Assembly (NCBI GenBank): GCA_963808625.1
Contig: CAWEHK010000022.1
Coordinates: 1 to 64,000 of the forward strand
Reading direction: 5' to 3'
Length of the DNA stretch: 64,000 nucleotides
Origin: an uncultured delta proteobacterium
GTDB lineage: Bacteria > Desulfobacterota > Syntrophobacteria > Syntrophobacterales > Syntrophobacteraceae
Shown here: one piece after another, positions 48,424 to 59,172 of the stretch
Position numbering within the stretch: the first letter of the stretch is position 1
How the letters are laid out: every line of letters begins with the position of its first letter
The notes under the pieces: model-generated
The model's input: the letters and a program-made list of their open reading frames with translations, nothing else
Told to the model about the DNA's origin: nothing
Database searches by the model: none
Position numbers and translations under genes: made by a program

Positions 48424-48798
48424 ATGTCAAAGAAGATTGGGTTGTTGACAACGCTGTTCGTGATGGGTTTAACGACTGCCGCTCTCGCTGCGGATCCGGC
48501 TGGCTCCATTGAAAAGGCGCAGGGCCTTAGCTTCTTCGTCTATTCCGCAATTGCTGCCGGTCTGGCGATTGCCATCGCCGCCCATGGCTGCGGTATCGGC
48601 CAGGGTATGGCTGTCAGAGGCGCGGTCGAAGGTATTGCCCGCAACCCGGATAGTTCAGGCAAAGTGACCGTGACCATGCTGATCGGTCTGGCGATGATCG
48701 AATCACTCGCCATTTACGCCCTCGTTATCGCTCTGATCCTCATCTATGCTAACCCGGTGAGCAAGGCGATTCAGGGGTTTGTAGGTCTGGCCGGTTAG
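48424..48798 (+). CDS. atpE: ATP synthase Fo subunit c
   Basis: [17 protein letters not shown]. Confidence 0.97.
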   Translation: MSKKIGLLTTLFVMGLTTAALAADPAGSIEKAQGLSFFVYSAIAAGLAIAIAAHGCGIGQGMAVRGAVEGIARNPDSSGKVTVTMLIGLAMIESLAIYALVIALILIYANPVSKAIQGFVGLAG

Positions 48799-48930
48799 TT
48801 AGAGGTATTTGCTGGAATTCTATTTCGACAAGACAGCACAGGGGCAGGGGCGTGGAACACATCGTGGCTTCCCGCCCCTGTGCTGGCTTGAACATGCCGT
48901 CTCCCTGACAGGCTTTTTTTTGGCGAATTT

Positions 48931-48948
48931 ATGTGAATAGTATCACAT
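48931..48948. promoter_or_regulatory. Rex operator upstream of rex (autoregulation)
   Basis: ATGTGAATAGTATCACAT resembles TTGTGAA-N4-TTCACAA. Confidence 0.75.
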
Positions 48949-49023
48949 AATTAGCCTGCTCTTCCCTGAGCGCTGCGTTTGGGGCGGTAATCTGAATTGA
49001 GTAGTACGAGTTGAGGTCTGAGG

Positions 49024-49656
49024 ATGAAATTCGCCAAGATCCCGATGGCTACCATCAGCCGGCTGTCGATTTACTCGCGCACTCTCCAGGAACTGATGGA
49101 AGAGGAAGTGGACGTAATCTCTTCGGAGCGCCTGGCCAAGCAGTGTGCCGTAAATCCTGCTCAGATCCGCAAAGACTTAGCTTACTTTGGTGAGTTCGGA
49201 GTAAGGGGAGTAGGTTACCGGGTTGGGGACCTGCTCAACCAGATCAAGGAGATTCTTGGCCTTAACCGTCCCTGGAACTTAGGTATGGTGGGGGTTGGGA
49301 ACCTGGGATCGGCCTTGATCAGACATGCCAACTTCATCAGACATGGCTATGTCTTCACGGCTGCCTTCGATGTCGATCCCCAAAAGGTGGGCCGGCGGCT
49401 GCCCAACGGCATCGTTATCAGACATCTGGACGAGGTGGATGAAATGGTCAAAGAGCGCGATGTGCATGTGGGGGTCATTACCACGCCCTCGAGTGCCGCG
49501 CAGAGCGTTGCCAACCAACTGGTGCTGGCGGGGATCAACGGCATCCTCAACTTCGCTCCCATCCAGATCCAGGTCCCGAACTGCTGTCATGTCGAAAATG
49601 TTGACTTTACCGTAAAATTGGATTCCATTGCCTACCACCTCTCCTCCAGTGGATAG
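49024..49656 (+). CDS. rex: Redox-sensing transcriptional repressor Rex
   Basis: IPMATISRL..Y, QIRKDLAYFGEFG.RGVGY, GVGNLG. Confidence 0.97.
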   Translation: MKFAKIPMATISRLSIYSRTLQELMEEEVDVISSERLAKQCAVNPAQIRKDLAYFGEFGVRGVGYRVGDLLNQIKEILGLNRPWNLGMVGVGNLGSALIRHANFIRHGYVFTAAFDVDPQKVGRRLPNGIVIRHLDEVDEMVKERDVHVGVITTPSSAAQSVANQLVLAGINGILNFAPIQIQVPNCCHVENVDFTVKLDSIAYHLSSSG

Positions 49657-49731
49657 TGCTGAGTGCTGAGTGCGGTGTGGGGATTTGCTCTTGAACCTCA
49701 CGCGCAATTGTTACCGGGCGATCGAAAAGAT

Positions 49732-49910
49732 GAATATCCGAATCTCGAACAAGGAATCTCGAATTATGAAGTCTTTTGTTTCTTTCGCTTGGCCATAAAA
49801 CATTCTACTCTTTGAAAGACCCGAACGAGAAAACCACTCGGCCGCTTCTCGAGATCAAAGTCCCTGCTTCCTTCGATATTCTGCGGTTCCTTGTTCGATA
49901 TTCGATATTC
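49732..49910. repeat. Inverted heptamer-based repeat pair
   Basis: GAATATCCGAATCTCGAACAAGGAA... / ...TTCCTTGTTCGATATTCGATATTC. Confidence 0.8.
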
Positions 49911-50020
49911 ATTGGCTTTGTCCTTATGCCTTCAGGCTTTTGAGAAAGGGGTAAGGCCCAGAAAACCGTCTTAGCTTAATGCGTATGGGATGCTACCCCG
50001 GTCCTCTCCCCGCCCCCAAC

Positions 50021-50077
50021 ACCGAACCGAGAACCGAGAGCCAAGAGCCAAGAGCCAAGAACCAAGAGCTAAGAGCA
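50021..50077 (+). repeat. Heptamer tandem array (CCAAGAG-like)
   Basis: Read directly from the sequence. Confidence 0.85.
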
Positions 50078-50082
50078 AACCG

Positions 50083-52605
50083 CTACAGGCCGCGGGGATT
50101 GCAGAAACTCAGGACGCCTTTCAAATATCTGCCGGTGTGGGAATTCTCGACCTGCGCCACCTCTTCGGGAGTACCGGCCGCCACCAGGTAACCCCCCTCA
50201 TCCCCGCCTTCGGGGCCCAGATCGACAACGTAGTCCGCAGTCTTGACGACGTCGGGGTGGTGTTCGATCATAATGACCGTATGCCCCTGGTCGACCAGTC
50301 GCTGGAGGACGTGAAGGAGGCGTTGAATATCGTCAAAATGCAGACCGGTGGTGGGTTCATCGAGAATGTACAGGGTGGCGGCCGGGCTTTTCCGGCCAAG
50401 CTCGACAGCGAGCTTTACCCGTTGCGCCTCACCACCGGAAAGGGTGGTCCCGGACTGTCCCAGTTGGAGGTAACCCAAACCGACTTCAAGGAGGACTTCC
50501 AGCTTGCGCGAGATGAGCGGGATATTTCCAAAAAGTCCGGAGGCTTCGGCCACCGTCATGTGAAGCACGTCGGCGATGGAATGTCCCTTGAATTGGACCT
50601 GCAGGGTTTCCCGGTTATAGCGACTGCCCTCGCAATCGGGGCAGGTGACGGAGACATCGGGCAGGAAAAACATTTCGATACTCTGAACGCCTTCCCCTTT
50701 GCACGCTTCACAGCGGCCTCCCTTGGCATTGAAGGAAAAGCGCTTTGCTCCGTAACCGCCCATTCTTGCTTCCGGCAACTGGGCAAAGAGCTCGCGAATG
50801 GCGGAAAAAACTCCGGAATAGGTGGCAGGAGTAGAGCGAGGGGTTCGCCCCAGGGGCGACTGATCGACCAGGATCACTTTATGAAAAGCATCGGGATGAT
50901 CGAGGCGATCAAACGCGGCCGGAGGAACCCTGCTCCGGTAAAGGTGCCGGGCCAGAGCACGATACAACGTGTGCATGACGAGAGTGGTCTTGCCCGAACC
51001 GGACACGCCGGTAACACAGGTTATGCATGCGAGAGGAAAGTGCACGTCAATCCCTTTGAGGTTATGACCGGTCGCCCCGGCCAGAGTCAAGGTCCCCTGT
51101 GAAAAGGGTTTGCGTCGTCTCGGGAGAGGAATGGTTTTGCGCCCGGAAAGGTAAGCACCGGTCAATGAGGTGGGATGATGAAGCAGCGCTTCGGGTGAGC
51201 CCGAAAAAATTACTTCGCCACCCTGCGTTCCGGCCCCAGGGCCCATGTCGACGACAAAATCCGCCTGCAGAATCGTCTCTGCGGTCATGTTCGACGACGA
51301 TCAGGGTGTTGCCTTTATCGCGAAGGCGCCGGAGGATTTCGAGGAGGCGCTGATGGTCTCGCGGATGAAGACCGATGCTGGGTTCATCCAACACATAAAG
51401 GATGCCCGCCAGGGGCGCACTGATCTGCTGCGCCAGTCGCAACCGCTGCATTTCGCCCCCTGAGAGCGTAGGGGCTGACCGTTCTAACGTCAGGTAAGCA
51501 AGACCAAGCTCCTCCAGGCTCTTCAAGCGATGGAGGATTTCGGCGACCGGCTGCGCGGCGATCTGGCTTTGGGATTCCGGTAATCGCAACTGCCGGAGCC
51601 ATTGTTGCAGCGCCGGGATGGGGAGCCGGCAGAGCATCCTGGATCGTCAGATCAACCACAACGCATTAGCGCCCGAACGAGCCACTTCATTGAAGGGCGG
51701 CGACGGCTTCCGTCTTCACAATCGAGGACAAACGTTTCCCGCACCCGTAGCCTTGCGTTCCCAAACCTTTGCACGTCGGGCACGCTCCCAGTGGATGGTT
51801 AAAGGAAAAGAGGCTGGGTGAAGGTTCGGGCATTTGTCGTCCACAAGACAGGCAACCGAAGGATTCAGTAAAGAGCTTCTCGTCACCGTCTATCGCGGAC
51901 ACCCCCACCAGGCCGTGACCAACCTTGGCGGCCAGCTCGATGGCGTCGTTCAGGCGTTTGGTCTTGTCCGGGCTAAGAATGAGGCGGTCCACCACGACCT
52001 CCAATTTGTAGCCGGCTCTGCGGGGGATAAGCGGAGGAGGATCGAGGTCATAAATCTTGCCTTCCAGGCGGATGCGGGCAAAACCATCCCGTCGGAATTG
52101 TCCCATCATCTTCGGCAAGTCTCTCTCGCCGATAACCCCAAGGGGGCCAAGGATCAGCAGCCGACTTCCCAGCCGGCCAAGAATCGAGAATCTCCTGGAC
52201 CATTTGAGGAATGGTATATGCCCGAACCGGTGATCCGCAGGTGGGGCAATGAAATGTTCCCAGCCGGGTATACAGCACGCGCAGGAAATCATGAATCTCG
52301 GTCATCGTGCCCACGGTCGAACGGGGATTGCGCGTCAGGTTGCTCTGCCCGACGGCAATTGCCGGGCTCAATCCCTCAACGCTATCCACTTTGGGAGCAT
52401 CCAAACGCTGCAAAAATTGCCGGGCGCGCGTCGACAACGCTTCGAGGTAGCGTCTTTCGCCCTCGGCAAAGATCGTATCAAAAGCCAGCGTCGACTTCCC
52501 GGAACCACTGACCCCGGTGATCACGATGAAGCGGTTGCGGGGCAGGGTGACGTTTATATTTTTGAGATTATGCTGTCGTGCGCCACGAATGACAATGTTG
52601 TCCAT
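50083..52605 (-). CDS. uvrA: Excinuclease ABC subunit A, short variant; several frameshifts
   Basis: [22 protein letters not shown] x2, [18 protein letters not shown]. Confidence 0.92.
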
Positions 52606-52656
52606 GAAAGTATCATTGTTGAGGCGGAGGACCTTGCCTTTCTGTAAACTTCGGAA

Positions 52657-52911
52657 TTAACCGCAGAGCACGCTGAGATCGCAGAGAAATCTGAGAGCGT
52701 GTGAAAAAACAGAAAGTTAGCGTCCTTGTCCTGAATTTCCGAATGAGCCCTCACATCGTCATTCCCGCATGCTTTTAGCGGGAATCCAGTTTCTTAAAGG
52801 CCCGGACACCCGCCAAAAAGATGCGGGGGTGACGCTAAGAAGGACTCTTTGGACACGCTCGATGGTTTCAGAGAGAAATCTCTCTGTGCACTCTGCGCTC
52901 TCCGCGGTGAA
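52657..52911. repeat. Palindromic repeat with a nested MITE-like insertion
   Basis: Outer AACCGCAGAG...CGCGGTGAA arms; inner GAGCGTGT...ACACGCTC ends enclosing GTCATTCCCGC...GCGGGAATCC hairpins. Confidence 0.75.
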
Positions 52912-52942
52912 CAAAACATTTCATTGAATACCCTACGAGGAA

Positions 52943-54008
52943 TTACTGGTTGACTTGGCCTTGATGCTCGCCGCCGCCGGTTTCGCACCATCCCGCCGCC
53001 AGGTAAAGAGCGGCGGTGAGGCTTCCCGGATGCGCTTTACCGGTTCCGGCAAGGTCGTAGGCGGTGCCGTGATCAACCGAGGTGCGGATGATGGGCAGCC
53101 CCAGACTGACGTTGACAGCGTCATGAAAATGGACGAGCTTGATCGGAATCAATCCCTGGTCATGATACATCGCAATCACCGCCTCGAATTCCCCTTCATA
53201 AGCCCGACGGAAAAGCGTGTCGGGAGAAAGAGGACCGGTAACCTGGTAAGGGCTTTCCCTGAAATTGCCGGATCGCAGGTTGGATCAGCTCGCACTTCTT
53301 CGCTCCCGAACCGGCCCTGCTCTCCGGCATGGGGGTTGAGTCCGGCAACGCCAAGGCGAACGGATTCAAGACCAAAGTCGCGACCGAGGGCTTCAGCCGT
53401 TATGGCGATCGTGCGGCAAATCAATTCTGCGTTCAAGGATCCGGGGAACTTCCGCGAGCGCTTGATGGATGGTGACCAGGGATACTCGCAACCTCGGTCC
53501 GGCAAGCATCATCACCACTTCCCCGCGTGGGTGAGTTGCTGGAGGAATTCGGTATGCCCGGGGAAAGAAAAGCCATGTTCCTGTAAGTTTGCCTTATGAA
53601 TGGGGCAGGTGGCAGATCGCATCAACCCGACCGGCAAGCGCCAGGCGAGCGGCCTCTTCGATATATTGGATCACGGCCCGGCAAGCCGCTGGCGATGGCT
53701 GCCCGTAGGGGATGTCCGCGATGGCGAGGGACCCGGGATTGATCACACAGATGGTTCCCGCCTTCGTCAGCCCCTGTGTCACCCCATCCAATTCTTCCGG
53801 ATCGTCGAGCGGACGGATGGCTCAAGTCCGCTCCAAGCAAAGCAACAGCACGCTCCAAAGCTTTCGCCTCGCCGATCACCACCGGCCGGCAGCAAGCCCG
53901 GAGATCAGGCGATGAAAGGGCCTTGACAATGATCTCCGGCCCCACCCCACAGGGGTCTCCCATGGTGATCGCTATGCGCGGTTTTGCAGTTTGGTGTGAA
54001 GTCAGCAC
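52943..54008 (-). CDS. pdxA: 4-hydroxythreonine-4-phosphate dehydrogenase (frameshifted)
   Basis: [39 protein letters not shown]. Confidence 0.93.
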
Positions 54009-54169
54009 GGTCGTTGTTCCTCAGACTCTTCTATGCTTTTCTCGATGCAGTGTTCAGGCATTGTTATCAAGGCACCCGAGCTATTCTGGCCTGCTCTTGT
54101 CCTGCAAGCGCTTCTCAAGATTCTACACTATCTCCGATCAACTGGAGGGCGGGTCTCCAGACCCGCCGC

Positions 54170-54598
54170 TTATGGCTCTGTGGCCAGGTACGCGTTCCGC
54201 AGGGAATCACTCATTTTATTGAGGTCGCTGTCGAAAGAGAAAAGCGACGTATTCGAACCTGCGCCTTTCACGCAGAGGATGCAATCGACAATATCCAGGT
54301 TCCGTTCGGTTAAGAGGGTAAGGGCGCGGATAAGTTCTTTCTGATCAGGGTTGGCAATGCCCTTGTAGTGGAGGACGTCGATCAGGCTCTCGGCCGCCCT
54401 GTTCTTCGGCACCTTGTATATCTTGGTGAGGACGTAAATGCATTCGGCAATCACGCTTTCGAGAATAATGGCCCTCTTGCTTCCTTCCTTGACCTGATCA
54501 AAGAACTCCTTCGCTCTCGCATAAAGGGGTTCATTATCTCTTGTGAGATACCGGATGAGGATGTTGGTGTCAGGCAGACTTCTTCGCGGTTTTCTCAT
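54170..54598 (-). CDS. vapC: PIN-domain toxin (VapC)
   Basis: LPDTNILIRY, E, DIVDC, SFD acidic residues. Confidence 0.88.
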   Translation of the reverse strand: MRKPRRSLPDTNILIRYLTRDNEPLYARAKEFFDQVKEGSKRAIILESVIAECIYVLTKIYKVPKNRAAESLIDVLHYKGIANPDQKELIRALTLLTERNLDIVDCILCVKGAGSNTSLFSFDSDLNKMSDSLRNAYLATEP

Positions 54599-54824
54599 AC
54601 GCCGCCTCTTCCCATGCCCTGTCTTTCATCTGCTTTAGGGAAATATCGGATTTTACATTGCCGGCGTATTCGCTGAGAGAGCCGGCGGCGTCCCTTACCG
54701 CTCGAACTACTACTTCATCATTGACTATCTCAAAGTAGACGGCGGTTGCCTTCAGTCTCTCGCGAATCCTCTTGGGGATAGTGACTTGCCCCTTCCGGGT
54801 AATCTTCACTGCCTCTGTCGCCAT
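54570..54824 (-). CDS. vapB: AbrB/MazE-type antitoxin
   Basis: KITRKGQVTIPKRIRERL; overlaps the toxin start. Confidence 0.88.
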   Translation of the reverse strand: MATEAVKITRKGQVTIPKRIRERLKATAVYFEIVNDEVVVRAVRDAAGSLSEYAGNVKSDISLKQMKDRAWEEAAYEKTAKKSA

Positions 54825-54851
54825 AACCTCTCACCTGACTTTTTCATAATA

Positions 54852-54896
54852 GTATTACATCATAGAATAGTAATACCTTCCAAGATAGGCTGTCAA
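54852..54896 (-). promoter_or_regulatory. vapBC promoter with an operator inverted repeat
   Basis: TTGACA -35 (54891-54896); GTATTAC/GTAATAC inverted repeat over the -10 region. Confidence 0.6.
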
Positions 54897-55570
54897 CACC
54901 TTTGGCGTTGATCCAGGATTTGAATCTTGACACCCAAACGGAGATGTGGGCCGTTGCCGGGCAATGGCCTATCGAGAGTGGGCCGTGCCTGGTAGGCATC
55001 AATCTGAATATTGTTCGGAGGGGATCAATTCACTTACGCGACGCTTCACACCGCCATGGGCCGTCTCGCAATCACGGGAACGAAAGGTTCTAGGTGCGAT
55101 TCTGGCAGCTTCCTGGTAGATCCAAGCTGCAAGGGAAACCAGCAGGCTTCTCCGTTTGTCGGGCTGGCCGTAACCTACAACGAGTTTGGCGGTATGAAGG
55201 GAGCCGGCGCCATCACGCCAACGGGAACCGGCGCTAAGACCGGCTTCGTCAAATGGACCCCGGGAAACGCAGGACCCTCAGCCGAATAGTGGCTCTGCTC
55301 TGAAAAGCTCTGGTGGGTTCCGCCTTGCTATACCCACCCTACGGTTTTTTCGTGTATCTTCGGGTGTCCTAAAGGGACATGAGCAACTGCTTCGACAAGT
55401 TCCGCATTGCGAGTTGCTGGTTACGGTTTCCTCCCGGGCCTTTTCGTGGTTAAGAGCGTCCCGAAGGGACCTGATCAACTGCTCTGGCATTTCGCTACAT
55501 TTGTCCTCTTGCGCTCAATAACAATCAGGTCGGTGAGTAATCAGCATAAGGAATATTGGTCGTGAGATGG

Positions 55571-55834
55571 TTAATAATTCCGACAAAGCCCAGTTTCCAC
55601 ATGAAGCGGCATAAAAGCAGTGTTCTGGAGAGATCTGGCGGCAAACAGAAGGCATCCGAGGATGTCTTCCTGGGCCAGCGTCTCATATTCTTTGAGAATC
55701 TCCTCGAATGCTGCACCGTGGGCAAGTAAACTAACGATGTATTCCACCGCCAGACGGGTACCTCTGATGACAGGCTTTCCCACCATGACTTTGGGATTGA
55801 TCGTAATACGTTCCAACAAATCGTGTTCCTTCAT
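55571..55834 (-). CDS. DUF433 (antitoxin-like) protein
   Basis: RITINPKVMVGKPVIRGTRL. Confidence 0.85.
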   Translation of the reverse strand: MKEHDLLERITINPKVMVGKPVIRGTRLAVEYIVSLLAHGAAFEEILKEYETLAQEDILGCLLFAARSLQNTAFMPLHVETGLCRNY

Positions 55835-55934
55835 AGCGTATGACCTCAAGCTGCTGGTTCCGGATACCACCAGCATTCTATCCAAAGTATTGAACAATTT
55901 GACCCGTCTTAGCCGTTGTCCTCGTTTCCCTCCC

Positions 55935-56684
55935 CTACTTATCCGATTTTGAGGGGAGCTTATGCTTGAGCTTCTCGATGTCAGCAGAGGGCAGCGGGCG
56001 GCCTTCGGTGTCGACGATGTCAACGGACGGTGGGATGTCCAATTCGAAAAGCTTGGGATCGAGGCTTGCCATCGTCCTCTGGGAGTCAAGGCTAATGCGG
56101 TTGGTGTTTCCCAGAGCATTGAGGATCTGGATGCTCGAGATACGGTAGGTCTGCAAATCGATTGCCAGGTATAAGGTCTTGATTTCGGGGTCTTCTTTCC
56201 GGGGCATGAGCTTCAAGACGGCAGTATCCTTGCTCGATTGGCTATGATCCAGGGTCACTTCGTAGTGCTTTTTGAGCTCGCCAACGCCCTGAAAAAACGT
56301 CTGAGCCAGAGGGTGGGAAAAGATCTTCCGCGGATCGGTAAGGGAAATCTGCTTTTCCGAGGGTACATAAAGCCAGGCCAGTTGCTGGTTGGCAACAAAC
56401 ACTTGAGGCTCGGGTTCTTCATACTCCCAGCGCATTTGTGCGGGCTTCTCGTAATACAGTCTTCCGGAAGCTTCCGTAGCCTTGCTGCCAGTCGCAGCGG
56501 AGGAGACCGATTGATGAAAATTGGCAGAGAACGCTCGCGTCTGCTGGTAAGTCGTTCCCGTTTTCTTGAGGATTTCGCCGACGGCGGGAGGCGACTCAGC
56601 ATGGGTAACTCGAAGCTGAGGCTGAAAGATCAGGAAAGAACCGACTACAAGTAATACGATCAGGCAAGGACTAATATTCTTCAT
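55935..56684 (-). CDS. lolA: Outer-membrane lipoprotein carrier protein LolA family
   Basis: SANFHQ, KPAQMRWEY..P, downstream of ftsK. Confidence 0.88.
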   Translation of the reverse strand: MKNISPCLIVLLVVGSFLIFQPQLRVTHAESPPAVGEILKKTGTTYQQTRAFSANFHQSVSSAATGSKATEASGRLYYEKPAQMRWEYEEPEPQVFVANQQLAWLYVPSEKQISLTDPRKIFSHPLAQTFFQGVGELKKHYEVTLDHSQSSKDTAVLKLMPRKEDPEIKTLYLAIDLQTYRISSIQILNALGNTNRISLDSQRTMASLDPKLFELDIPPSVDIVDTEGRPLPSADIEKLKHKLPSKSDK

Positions 56685-56705
56685 TACCTATCCACCAACT
56701 CTTGA

Positions 56706-58950
56706 TTATGAGATTTTCCTGCCCAGCACTTCTCTTGGCTTAACACCATCGGAAGGGCCAACAACACCCTGGTGTTCCATCATTTCAATCATTCGGGCAG
56801 CGCGGTTATAGCCTACGCGAAGCCTTCTTTGCAGCATCGAGATGGAAGCCTGCCGCGTTTCCAGAACAAGCTCGATGGCTTCTTCATATTTTTCATCCAA
56901 TTCATCCTCGAAAATTTCATCGCCGGAATTCTGGTCATGGAAATTGACCCGCTCTCCCAGGGTATCCTCCACCAGTTTCTGGCTGCGCCAGAAATCGGTG
57001 ATACGCTGGAGCTCAGGTTCGGAGATGAAGGCGCCGTGAATCCGCTGCACCTTCGCCGTGCCGGGTGGCAGGAAAAGCATGTCTCCCGAACCCAGGAGAC
57101 TTTCAGCGCCGCTTGCATCCAGGATGGTGCGCGAGTCAATCCGTGAAGAAACCTGGAAGGAGAGCCTCGTGGGGATGTTGGCCTTGATGATGCCGGTCAG
57201 AACATCCACCGAGGGACGCTGGGTTGCCAGGATCAGGTGGATGCCGGCAGCTCGGGCCATTTGCGCCAAGCGGGTGATGGATTCTTCCACCTCGCGGGAG
57301 GCCACCATCATGAGGTCGGCCAATTCGTCAATGACGATGACCATGTACGGGAGATGATGATGCTTTATTCCCAGGTCATCGTTCGCCAGGTCGTCGGTGT
57401 TGTCGCTCCGCGGTTTTTCGCGGGCCAGGGCCCGATTATAGCTTTCAATATTTCTAACGCTCTTTTCTGCCAGCATGCGATAGCGGAGCTCCATTTCCTG
57501 GACCGCCCAGCGCAGGGAGCGCGTCGCCATCTTGGCGTCGGTAACCACGGGATGAATCAGGTGCGGAATGTCCTGGTAGCTCTTGAGCTCTATCCTTTTG
57601 GGGTCGATCAGGAGCAGTCGCATCTCCTGCGGGGTGTTTCGAAACAGCAGGCTGGTCAAAACCGTATTGAGGCAGACGCTCTTGCCGGTTCCCGTGGCGC
57701 CGGCGATGAGCAGATGAGGCATTCTGGCAAGATTCGCCACCACCGGCTGACCGGTGGTATCCTTTCCGAGAGCAATCGTCAGGGGCGCTGAGGACGAAGC
57801 AAAGGCCTCGGACTCCAGCACTGCCCGGATGGCAACCGGTTCGCGTCGCTGATTGGGCAGTTCGATGCCGATGGCGGCCTTCCCGGGGATCGGCGCCACG
57901 ACGCGGATGCTGATGGCCTTGAGGGCCATGGACAAGTCATCCGTCAGACTCACAATGCGGCTGATCTTGATGCCCGGGGCCGGTGCATATTCGTACATGG
58001 TGATCACGGGGCCGGGAGAAATCGCCACGACTTTCCCCTGCACACCGAAATCAGCGAGCTTCTCTTCCAGAATCCGGGCGTTTTCCTCCAATTTCTTCCA
58101 GTCGGGCCGATGGGTGTCGAGCTCAAAATGATCGAGCATCTTGAAGGAGGGAAGGGCATAATGCTCGGCATGGTCAAAGAGGGCGTCGGATGCCGCCGCT
58201 TCCTTTCGCCCCTTTCGCTTGGGCTGCAAAGGCGGGGGAGGCAGCAGCAGTTTGACTGTCGGCATACGCACAGGCACAGGCGCATCTTCTCCGGGTGGAG
58301 GCGCCTGTGCCACAAGGTTGGGTCGTTCTCGCGCTGCTTTTTGTTCGGCAGGAGCTCTTCGCTTCTGGCGTGCGAGCAATTTTGCAATTGCTGAAAGAAG
58401 GCATTCGAGAACGGAAAAGGCATTCCGGCTCGTCTTTTGAAGAATAGCCTTGAGGGAGAAAGGAGTAGCGAGCAAAAACCCGATCAGAGAGCATCCCAAG
58501 GAGGATAATATAAGCTCCGGTTGCATAGAAGCGCTCGACCAGAAACTGGGAAAGCCAAACCCCGAAATCTCCGCCAAGGCCCGAGAGGCCTTCCTGGTTC
58601 AGCAGGGCGATGGGGGGCTGGTACATAGCGCCCAGAGCAATGGCACAGAGCAAAAACAGGGCGATTCCCAGCGGTTGTATCCGGCGGTAGGTAAAAGGGG
58701 CGCGGCCGCAAAAAAGACACCAGCTCACCCAGAATCCGACGAGGGGCAGGGCATGGGCGCCTACCCCCAGGCGCAACAGGAGGCAATAGGAAAGGTTCGC
58801 GCCCACTGCTCCTACCCAGTTCCGGGGACCGATTTTGGAAGCATTGAAAAGGGTTCGATCATCAGCATGAAAGGAGATGAGGCTGAACAAAATCAGCAAG
58901 GTGAGCATCAAGAGAAAAACGGCCCAGATTTCGTGCTTCTTTCGCTCCAC
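56706..58950 (-). CDS. ftsK: DNA translocase FtsK (frameshift near 58490)
   Basis: N-terminal TM domain, AGATGTGKS, DELADLM, ATQRPS, gamma domain LQRRLRVGYNRAAR. Confidence 0.96.
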
Positions 58951-58963
58951 AAAAACCCTTCTC

Positions 58964-59172
58964 AGTGGCTAGTGGCGAGTGACTAGTGGGTAGTAGCCAC
59001 TCACCGCCAATAACCAGTTCTCATCCGGGGAAAGTGGTACCTTGCTCTGCGGGAGGGGCTTCCAGCCCCGATCGTGGCTGGAAGCCCCTCCTACAAAATG
59101 GGGTTTCCGGATCGACACTAGCTAATCACTAAGCACTAGCCACCAGCCATAACCACTAATCACTAGCCACTA
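58964..59172. repeat. Inverted heptamer arrays (TAGTGGC / GCCACTA) enclosing a GTAG-type REP hairpin
   Basis: GGAGGGGCTTCCAGCC...GGCTGGAAGCCCCTCCTAC at ~59052-59094. Confidence 0.8.
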
